Shown here piece by piece: positions 19,269 to 27,382 of a stretch of 64,000 nucleotides of DNA. The position numbers and the translations under genes were made by a program. Each line of letters opens with the position of its first letter. Position 1 is the first letter of the stretch. The notes under the pieces are model-generated. The model was not told where the DNA came from, did not search any database, and was given only the letters and a program-made list of their open reading frames with translations. Origin of the DNA: Candidatus Hodarchaeota archaeon (lineage in GTDB: Archaea > Asgardarchaeota > Heimdallarchaeia > Hodarchaeales > Hodarchaeaceae); NCBI GenBank assembly GCA_016839815.1, contig JAEOTM010000060.1, positions 27,738 to 91,737 of the forward strand, read 5' to 3'.

Positions 19269-21146
19269 ATGGTGATAAATCACTTGAAAATACACAAAAG
19301 TAAGAAAAGTTGGATAGCAATTACCTCTGCTATCTTCATGCTTGGAATTGTTATCGTTCCAAGTACTGCAGCATCTAGCCAGTTAGCTACTTCTCCAATA
19401 CCTGTTGCACGTCCTGACGGGACCTTACAAGGATTATTACACAAGAATATACTTGGATTAATACGGGGAATGGAAAGTGCTAACTTTACACCTGATAATG
19501 TATATTATGGGGTGTACAATAGTGTTGGTGGTTATACATACACAAAACAAGGTTCTGTGGAGAGGAATATTACATTAGACCTTGCAGGAATAAAAAACTT
19601 CCTTAATCAGTCGGTAGGAAGAATAAAACTTGATGTCACGATCAATGAAGGAGATAAATTATTCATGGAAGCACTTCTTGAGCATTTAGAAAATCACTCT
19701 ACGATTCACATCAATAATAGAGTAACTTCAGATGCCATGGTAAGTAGTTACCATGATCGAAAGGCAGTTACAATATTTTATGATAAAGATCGCAGTGTTC
19801 TGGATAGTTTTGAGACCATTAAAGAAAATGGAACAGTTTCCTCTCAACCCTTTACAGGTGATGAAATATTAACTAATGTCTTTATGACACTTATCCAAGA
19901 TAAGGTCACTGGATTATATCAAGTTATGAACCAATGGCAATTCGAGGATAATACTTCTGGAGAGCTACTTCGTAGATTTATTGAACAGTTATCTTCTCGT
20001 GATTGGTTAAGTAAAGAACTTCAAGCTTTATTCAGATTCCCAAATATTAACATTATGAGTGCACTTTCAGCTCCATCTCAGACACTATCAGCTTCACCAA
20101 CAGCACCAAAAATTCTTGAACGAGGAACTTTTGAAATTTCTCAATTAAGAATTGATAAGCTTGATCTCGCGCGTGTTGGACCCAATCTCCTAGTGAAGGA
20201 ATATAATTATACCTACTTAGAACATCATCTGCTAGGAACCTTAGTATACAATGATACTAATGGAAATGGATACATGGATCTTGGTGTGAACACTCTAGGC
20301 ATCGGAGATAATAGTATTGCCTATCCTAGCATAGGAGATGAAGCTCTCTATAGATTTGATATGAAAGATATCGCAGAACGCACTTATAGTCGACCAACAA
20401 CCACCGAAGATGTGTTAGAGTTCGGATCGAAATTTAATGATGTTTCAGGATATCTTCAACCCTTAGAAAGAAATCAAGACATCTCACTATTTAATGTTTC
20501 AACAGAAGAACTCCACACGATTGATGAAGTTTCAACCCTCTTTCATTTTGATGTTGACAATGATTTAGGACGAGTAGACCTTAAATTTGACTACATCATT
20601 GGTGAATGGAGTAATTCGGCTGATTTAACAGGTTTGAGTCTCAATCAACTGATGGGGACAACAGTATTTGACGCTCAAAAACGAAGAACTATTCAGTGGC
20701 GAGATGAGAATAATGATGCTGTTGCTTCCGATATTGAAAATTCAACAAGAATTTCACAATTCAAGTTCTCAGATAACACCGCAGAATTTGCGGAAATTCG
20801 TTTAGACGATATTAAGTATTATTGGGATCAAACCGAATGGGTAAACGCAATTGGACAACTTATACCACTAAATCTGATTGACGTTGCTTATGGGTCTATA
20901 TCCAGTGAAGCGGATATGATTCGCAGTATGCGTGCAGATGTATCCCGGAAAACGTATATCTATTCAATTTCCTACCCCAAGTGGGGTGGTAAGGAAATAC
21001 TACATGATCCAGCTTATGCAGTTCTAGCAGGCACTGGAAGTGAAGATACGGATGAACCTGCTGGTTCAATACCAGGTTTTGAATTCCTTGCACTCTTTAT
21101 TGCAATACCAGTTTTAGCCACAATTTCTCGTCGTCGACGTTCTTAG
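19269..21146 (+). CDS. Cell-surface glycoprotein with PGF-type C-terminal sorting signal
   Basis: Signal peptide, about ten sequons, a Ca-binding-like DTNGNGYMD, and the ending IPGFE + hydrophobic helix + RRRRS. Confidence 0.82.
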   Translation: MVINHLKIHKSKKSWIAITSAIFMLGIVIVPSTAASSQLATSPIPVARPDGTLQGLLHKNILGLIRGMESANFTPDNVYYGVYNSVGGYTYTKQGSVERNITLDLAGIKNFLNQSVGRIKLDVTINEGDKLFMEALLEHLENHSTIHINNRVTSDAMVSSYHDRKAVTIFYDKDRSVLDSFETIKENGTVSSQPFTGDEILTNVFMTLIQDKVTGLYQVMNQWQFEDNTSGELLRRFIEQLSSRDWLSKELQALFRFPNINIMSALSAPSQTLSASPTAPKILERGTFEISQLRIDKLDLARVGPNLLVKEYNYTYLEHHLLGTLVYNDTNGNGYMDLGVNTLGIGDNSIAYPSIGDEALYRFDMKDIAERTYSRPTTTEDVLEFGSKFNDVSGYLQPLERNQDISLFNVSTEELHTIDEVSTLFHFDVDNDLGRVDLKFDYIIGEWSNSADLTGLSLNQLMGTTVFDAQKRRTIQWRDENNDAVASDIENSTRISQFKFSDNTAEFAEIRLDDIKYYWDQTEWVNAIGQLIPLNLIDVAYGSISSEADMIRSMRADVSRKTYIYSISYPKWGGKEILHDPAYAVLAGTGSEDTDEPAGSIPGFEFLALFIAIPVLATISRRRRS

Positions 21147-21173
21147 ACCCTTAAGGGTCTCTCTCTTTTTTTT
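21145..21173 (+). terminator. Palindrome plus T-tract terminator
   Basis: Perfect 16-bp palindrome AGACCCTTAAGGGTCT followed by CTCTCTTTTTTTT, between convergent genes. Confidence 0.65.
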
Positions 21174-21175
21174 GT

Positions 21176-22630
21176 TTATCCCTTTATGTTTCCGATAGGT
21201 ACTAACTGAGCGACTTTTCTAGATAGATCCGCGCCATGGATAGAGTCTACTACATCATTAATATTTTTATAAGCAAATCCTGCTTCTTCGGCAAGTCCAG
21301 CCATTGATGCAGCACGTACATAAATCCCCTTAGCTTCCATTTGACTACGGAGTACATTTCCCCTAATTTTCTTCTTTGCTTTAGATCGAGACATCGTACG
21401 ACCTGAACCATGGGCTGTTGAACCGAATGATTTTTTCATGGCGGTTTTTGTTCCAGCTAGCAGGTACGAACCTGTTTCCATACTACCTCCTAAAATAACA
21501 GGTTGGCCAACTGATTGATATATACTAGGAATATCTTTAGAATTTGGTCCAAAGGATCTTGTTGCACCTTTTCGATGAACAACTACTTCACGATTTTTTC
21601 CTTCAATCGAATAGACTTCCTGTTTAGCAATATTATGTGCAACATCATAAACAAGGTTCATTTCCATTTCTTCAGCTGATCTGCCAAATACTTTTTCGAA
21701 TCCTTTTCTTACATGTGACATGATGACCTGACGATTTGCGAATCCGAAATTAGCTGCTGCGGACATGGCTTTCAAGTAATTCTGACCCTCATCACTATTA
21801 ATGGGAGCAGCTGATAATTCCTTCTCATAAATGGGTATTTGCCATTTACTCTCCATTTTATTCAAAAATTCCCGAAGATAATCAGAAGCAATTTGATGAC
21901 CAAAACCTCGTGATCCACAATGGACCATAACCACAGCTTGGTCCTTATCAGTGACCCCCATGATTTTCGCAGTTTCAGAATCAAAGATTTGATTTACTGT
22001 TTGAACCTCACAGTAATGGTTTCCTGAACCAAGAGTACCAAGCTGGTTAATCCCTCTCGATTTAGCTTTATCACCTATAACACTAAAATCAGCAGCTGAA
22101 AGACAACCGTTATTTTCCTGCCTTTCAATATCTTCCTCCCAACCGTAACCATTTTCAATACACCATTTACTTCCGTTTTCTGCCACATCACGGAATTGTT
22201 GCATAGAAAGCGGAACTGATCCCTTTTTCCCCACTCCAGCAGGAATTAAATCATACAGTGTATTGATAAGCTCACGAATTTTTGGTTTAACTTCAGCAAC
22301 AGTCAGATTTGTAGTAATAAGACGCATACCACAGTTGATATCAAAACCAATTCCACCGGGACTAATGACCCCTTCATTGACATCAAAGGCCGCCACACCT
22401 CCAATTGGAAATCCATATCCCCAATGGGCATCAGGCATTGTCATGGCGTGCCCCACTAGCCCAGGTAGTTTACTAACATTAATTATCTGTTGAAAAACCC
22501 CTCTATCTAACATTTTATATATGGAGGGATTTCCATAAATTCTCACCGGAGCTTTCATCCCAAAATCTGATCTTTTAGGAATTTCATGAGTATAATCATC
22601 AATTTTTACTGCATGATCTTTTACTGACAT
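21176..22630 (-). CDS. rtcB: RNA-splicing/repair ligase RtcB
   Basis: MPDAHWGYGFPIGGV, GFDINCG, LGSGNHY, HCGSRG, HNIAK, HRKGATR and HGSGR motifs; no intein. Confidence 0.97.
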   Translation of the reverse strand: MSVKDHAVKIDDYTHEIPKRSDFGMKAPVRIYGNPSIYKMLDRGVFQQIINVSKLPGLVGHAMTMPDAHWGYGFPIGGVAAFDVNEGVISPGGIGFDINCGMRLITTNLTVAEVKPKIRELINTLYDLIPAGVGKKGSVPLSMQQFRDVAENGSKWCIENGYGWEEDIERQENNGCLSAADFSVIGDKAKSRGINQLGTLGSGNHYCEVQTVNQIFDSETAKIMGVTDKDQAVVMVHCGSRGFGHQIASDYLREFLNKMESKWQIPIYEKELSAAPINSDEGQNYLKAMSAAANFGFANRQVIMSHVRKGFEKVFGRSAEEMEMNLVYDVAHNIAKQEVYSIEGKNREVVVHRKGATRSFGPNSKDIPSIYQSVGQPVILGGSMETGSYLLAGTKTAMKKSFGSTAHGSGRTMSRSKAKKKIRGNVLRSQMEAKGIYVRAASMAGLAEEAGFAYKNINDVVDSIHGADLSRKVAQLVPIGNIKG

Positions 22631-22660
22631 TTTTGCACCCTTACTACATCAATAATATTA

Positions 22661-23107
22661 TTATAAATCAAATGTAACTCGAGCTTCCCAACCATTATTA
22701 TTCTGTCTTACAAAGAACTGATAATATGTTACCGCCTTTACATCTGTGATCGTACTCACTTCTTCATTGATTTCTTGGCCAGTTAACGTCGCGGAAAGAG
22801 TATATAGAGAAGTAATTGGATTTTGATCTATAGATAATTTACAATCACTGAATATAAGCAGCTCTGCATCCTTCAAATAAATTAATTCTTCAAGAAATTC
22901 AAATAATAACTGTTCTAGGTTTTGATGTTCGAGTGTGATTTCCTTTTCAAGGATTTCCTTTATGGTGTTTACTTCTACACTGGTTTCCATTAGCGCAAGG
23001 AATCCAGCATGGAATAACTCTTCCAAGGAGTTACCGAATAGATCAAAACATGCATCAGCAATTGCGATGTCTTCTAGTAACCGATATGAAACGATTAACA
23101 CCACCAT
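22661..23107 (-). CDS. Archease
   Basis: Y..LE.IA.AD, L...FLEELIY and DVKAVTY motifs; directly upstream of rtcB. Confidence 0.93.
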   Translation of the reverse strand: MVVLIVSYRLLEDIAIADACFDLFGNSLEELFHAGFLALMETSVEVNTIKEILEKEITLEHQNLEQLLFEFLEELIYLKDAELLIFSDCKLSIDQNPITSLYTLSATLTGQEINEEVSTITDVKAVTYYQFFVRQNNNGWEARVTFDL

Positions 23108-23343
23108 TAAGGTAAGAATCCCTGTTTTTCCTCTTCTTGAAAAGGCTTTATTTGCTAAGTCTAGAATGTTCTTCCTTAAATTACCTCCTAAGATGAATTC
23201 GGTTTATTGTAGAATCTAGTCTAGTAATCTTTTATTAAATAGGAGAGGAAGTACTCTTAGCAAAGAAATTATTTACCTAAAACTACTAGATTATTTTACC
23301 TCAACAAAAGTGTCGAGAACACAATCAGGTGTAAAACCTAGTA

Positions 23344-24006
23344 TCACACTTTTGTTGGAATTTCTACAGATACATCAGCTTCTTCTTTAAATTTTTTAGC
23401 CATGGATTTGTCTCCGACAATAGCTCCAAAATGCATAGGAACTACTAATTTTGGTTGTAGAACCTTTGTTGCCTCCAAAGCTTCAGAGACTGTCATGACA
23501 TAAGTACCACTTACTGGAAGAAGTGCGACATCAGGTTTTATACTGCTCATTTCAGGGATATTATCAGTGTCACCTGCATGGTAGATCTTCTGTCCATCTA
23601 AATGAATGACTACGCCTATCTTTTCATCTTCTTTAGGATGAAAAGGAACTCCTTCAGACCGAAATTTATTTAAATTGTATGCTGGAACGATATTTAGTTC
23701 AATTCCCTTAACTGTAATATTATCTCCAGGTTTAACATAATGTACGGTTTTACAATCCAGCTTGGATAATTCCCCTTCGGCCATTGAAATACCTATTACC
23801 TCTGTATCTGAAGAAATAAACTTATTTATATCTTCGATGCTACAATGATCTCCATGTTCATGTGTGCTTATGACAATATCAACAGGATCATAAGAAGATC
23901 CTTCAACTTGAAAAGGATCAATAACCACTGTTTGTTTTGCTGAATTTGTTAGGAGAAACCCCGCATGTCCTAACCATTGTATCTTTACACTCTCAAAGTT
24001 TATCAA
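23344..24006 (-). CDS. Metallo-beta-lactamase-fold hydrolase
   Basis: WLGHAGF, IDPF, THEHGDH, YHAGDT and PMHF motifs. Confidence 0.92.
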   Translation of the reverse strand: MINFESVKIQWLGHAGFLLTNSAKQTVVIDPFQVEGSSYDPVDIVISTHEHGDHCSIEDINKFISSDTEVIGISMAEGELSKLDCKTVHYVKPGDNITVKGIELNIVPAYNLNKFRSEGVPFHPKEDEKIGVVIHLDGQKIYHAGDTDNIPEMSSIKPDVALLPVSGTYVMTVSEALEATKVLQPKLVVPMHFGAIVGDKSMAKKFKEEADVSVEIPTKV

Positions 24007-24098
24007 GATTGACCACCATCATTCATCCTGCAAGAGTATTTAATAATCTTGTGAGAAGAGTCTAATGAAGAATTGGTTTTCATCTCATGTGAGAGTCT

Positions 24099-24929
24099 TT
24101 GGGAAGGTCTATGAAAACTAAAAAGTATCTACAGACGGTTAAGGCATTTTTAACACGAAATCATAGTTCTGAAGTTGTCTCCATCGTTCTCTTTGGGTCA
24201 TTAGCAGAGAAAAAACGAAATGTTGATCACTCAACTGATGTTGACTTACTCATTATTCTCAAAGATAGTTGCTTAAAACCCAAGCTCAAACAGATACAAC
24301 AAGAATTACTCACACTAGAATCTCATTTTTTCCCTGTAGAGAACAGTTTCTTTGACCTTTTCAAAAAAGGACTACAAAAAGCGACAGGAATGTTCATCAA
24401 TTTATTCATTTGTAGTCAATCTGATTTTAAAGATGAAAAGTTTACTAATGTATTTGGAGTCAATCCTTTAATGGCGTTTTTATTCGCTCCAAAGACTTCT
24501 GTATGGAAATCACTGAAACAAAGACATAAGATCATATGGGGAGAGAATCTTTTTTGTGAAAATACGGAAGAATCAACGGTATCTCCTTCTGATATCTTAA
24601 GATCAATGACAATGAATCTTCTTTTGAGTTTGGGAGCAATTTGTCTGAGTCTTTTTACTACCTCTATGACAAAATATTCAATGGAGGCTGTAAAATGGAG
24701 CCTTTTTACCTGGAAAAATACTACAAATTATCAGCATACATCTTTACTTTCCATTAGTAACAGATATGCACATAGTGCCACGTATCATGAGAAGAGGGTT
24801 CTTTCAGCATTTCTTACTTTTCGTAATACCCGAGAACCTAGTTCCTATCTGTTGCTATTTGCCCCTTTATTCATATTCAGGCTACACTACAGATTAATGA
24901 GGGGAGTTAGCACTGAAAGGAGAATCTAA
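24099..24929 (+). CDS. Pol-beta-superfamily nucleotidyltransferase with helical C-terminal domain
   Basis: IVLFGS...TDVDLLII motif. Confidence 0.8.
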   Translation: MGRSMKTKKYLQTVKAFLTRNHSSEVVSIVLFGSLAEKKRNVDHSTDVDLLIILKDSCLKPKLKQIQQELLTLESHFFPVENSFFDLFKKGLQKATGMFINLFICSQSDFKDEKFTNVFGVNPLMAFLFAPKTSVWKSLKQRHKIIWGENLFCENTEESTVSPSDILRSMTMNLLLSLGAICLSLFTTSMTKYSMEAVKWSLFTWKNTTNYQHTSLLSISNRYAHSATYHEKRVLSAFLTFRNTREPSSYLLLFAPLFIFRLHYRLMRGVSTERRI

Positions 24930-26251
24930 GGACTGTAAATATCTGGGGTTCTTGGAAACATACTAGCTTCTCTTATATGAGATAAATTGGCGATCCATCT
25001 GACCAGTCGTTCAAATCCTAAACCAAAACCAGCGTGAGGTGGCATTCCAAATCGAAACATTCGGAGATACCATTCAAAGTTAGAAACTTCAAAGCCTTGA
25101 TTAATAATTCGCTCCTCTAAAACCTTATAATCAGCTACTCTCTGTCCACCGCTAGATAATTCACCAAATCCTTCTGGAGCCATTAAATCCAAAGAACGTG
25201 TTACCTCAGGATTTGTAGGATTTGAGGCATAATACATTCCTCTAAGATGAACGGGAAATTCAGTAATGAAGAAAGGTTCTTTGAATGATTTTGAAAGAGC
25301 AGACTCACCTGTTGCCCCGAAATCTTCTTCCTGAGCTTCTTCTACTCCTAGATCAAGAATCATTTGTTTAGCTCCTTTGAATGGTATCTTTTTAAAAGGA
25401 GTTTTTGGAATAGAAATGGTTCTATCTAACTGTGCAAGTTGGTCTTCACCGTCACGAGCAACAGTGGTAAAAATAAAAGCAATCAAATCTTCTTGGACTT
25501 GCATTATCTCCTTATCTGTGGCAAATGCAATCTCGTTTTCAATTTGCCAGAATTCTGTCATATGTTTGGTTGTATGAGATTTTTCAGCACGCCAAGAGGG
25601 AAGAAGTCCAAACACCTTTTCATGGCAAGAAAGTGCAGCTTGTTTGTAGAATTGGCAAGATTGAGCCAAGACGGCTGGTTTTCCAAAATAATCCAATGAA
25701 AATTGCTCTGCTCCTCCCTCAGTCGAAGCTGTAAGAATAAAGGGGGTGAAAATTTCTGTAAATCCATTTTGTTTGAAAAATTTTCTTGTTGCTTGTGCAA
25801 CAATGCTCTTCAAGTTCATTACAGCTGCTACATCAGGATCACGAATGGATAATTCTCTATATGCAAAAACTGTATCAATTTCCATTTTGGTTTTCATTTT
25901 GGTTAAATCTATGGGGACTTTTGGTTCTGCTACTACATGAATTATTACTGAATCTGGGGTTAATTCAGCTCCTAACTTCGATCTCGAATCTGCTTTTACT
26001 TTTCCATGAATTGATACAACAGATTCAAGAGTTAGTTTTTTACATGTTTCCCAGACTACTTCAGAAACATTTTTTTGGTGGAGCGTTACTTGACAAATAC
26101 CTGACGGATCACGAATAGTAAGAAACATTAATCGTCCTTTATCACGAATCTGTTGGATCCAACCACCAATTAAAACTTCTTTACCATCATTTTGGCTATT
26201 CACATCTTGAGAACTGTGTGTTCGCCATTCAGGATTCACAGCATACAACAT
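24926..26251 (-). CDS. aspS: Archaeal-type aspartyl-tRNA synthetase
   Basis: RTH N-terminus, OB anticodon domain, TEGG, LAQS.Q.YKQ, RAE.S, ELSSGGQR and GMPPHAGFGLG.ER motifs. Confidence 0.85.
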   Translation of the reverse strand: MLYAVNPEWRTHSSQDVNSQNDGKEVLIGGWIQQIRDKGRLMFLTIRDPSGICQVTLHQKNVSEVVWETCKKLTLESVVSIHGKVKADSRSKLGAELTPDSVIIHVVAEPKVPIDLTKMKTKMEIDTVFAYRELSIRDPDVAAVMNLKSIVAQATRKFFKQNGFTEIFTPFILTASTEGGAEQFSLDYFGKPAVLAQSCQFYKQAALSCHEKVFGLLPSWRAEKSHTTKHMTEFWQIENEIAFATDKEIMQVQEDLIAFIFTTVARDGEDQLAQLDRTISIPKTPFKKIPFKGAKQMILDLGVEEAQEEDFGATGESALSKSFKEPFFITEFPVHLRGMYYASNPTNPEVTRSLDLMAPEGFGELSSGGQRVADYKVLEERIINQGFEVSNFEWYLRMFRFGMPPHAGFGLGFERLVRWIANLSHIREASMFPRTPDIYSP

Positions 26252-26363
26252 AAGACTTCTCCTTAGTAGATAACCTAGAAATGATAGGGATATAAGAATA
26301 ATTTTTCGGAGAATGAGAAATTTTCAGAAAAATATTTTTTAAACCAATGAATGATGTGAGATT

Positions 26364-27350
26364 ATGCAATTATTTTTACATAGTAAACCGAGTTCTAACG
26401 AAATAAATCCTAACCAAGAACTAGTTATTATCGGTAGCGGTCCAGCAGGATTAACTGCTGCAATCTATGCAGCTCGTGCTCAACTAAATCCTCTTGTAAT
26501 CGCTGGAATAGAAGCTGGTGGTCAACTGATGACAACTACCGAAGTAGAAAATTTTCCAGGATTTCCTGATATTGTTCAGGGGCCTGAGTTGATTACCAGA
26601 ATGCGAGAGCAAGCTACACACTTAGGTGCAATATTTCTTGAAGATAACGTGATAGACATCAATTTTACACAGAATCCATTTCTTATTCTGACGGGTCAGC
26701 ATCAGATTGAAGCCAAAGCAGTAATAATTGCTACAGGAGCTGAACCTAAACGTTTAGGCTTATCTAATGAACAAGAACTGAGTGGAAGAGGTGTTTCATA
26801 TTGTGCAACCTGTGATGCTCCCTTTTTCAAAGATGTAGATGCTGCAGTGATTGGTGCAGGAGATGTTGCCCTTGAAGAAGCGCTATTTTTAGCAAAGTAC
26901 GCAAGGTCTGTGAAGATTATCTATCGGGGACCGAAAGAAAAAATGAGAGCAACTAAAGCCCTGTTGAAAAAAGGGTTTGAGAATGAGAAAATTGAATTTA
27001 TCGATAATACTGAAGTTGAAAGTATCTTGGGAAGAGAACGATTAAATGGAATAACCATCAAAAATACAGCTACTGGTCAAACCGATGTACTACACTTAGG
27101 AGGATTATTGGTGGCGATAGGATATCTGCCCCAAACTCAATTGTTCAAAGGAAAAGTCGCGTTAAATGAGGATGGATATATTATTCATAGTAAATATTCA
27201 ATGACGAGTATCCCTGGAGTTTTTGCAGCTGGAGATGTGGTTGATTTTAGGTATCGTCAAGCGATTACTGCCGCAGCTGAGGGGTGTAAAGCTGCATTAG
27301 ATGCAGAAAAATGGTTACAGGATCCAAAACTTTTAATTCCAAGTTTTTAA
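26364..27350 (+). CDS. trxB: Thioredoxin-disulfide reductase
   Basis: IIGSGPAG, GGQL..T..VENFPG, CATC and GVFAAGDV...YRQAITAA motifs. Confidence 0.96.
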   Translation: MQLFLHSKPSSNEINPNQELVIIGSGPAGLTAAIYAARAQLNPLVIAGIEAGGQLMTTTEVENFPGFPDIVQGPELITRMREQATHLGAIFLEDNVIDINFTQNPFLILTGQHQIEAKAVIIATGAEPKRLGLSNEQELSGRGVSYCATCDAPFFKDVDAAVIGAGDVALEEALFLAKYARSVKIIYRGPKEKMRATKALLKKGFENEKIEFIDNTEVESILGRERLNGITIKNTATGQTDVLHLGGLLVAIGYLPQTQLFKGKVALNEDGYIIHSKYSMTSIPGVFAAGDVVDFRYRQAITAAAEGCKAALDAEKWLQDPKLLIPSF

Positions 27351-27382
27351 GATTTTAAATAAGAAGAAGAAGGGGAGGAAAA

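Noticed and set aside
21176-23107. rtcB-archease as a novel RNA repair system
   Set aside because: This is a well-established gene pair.
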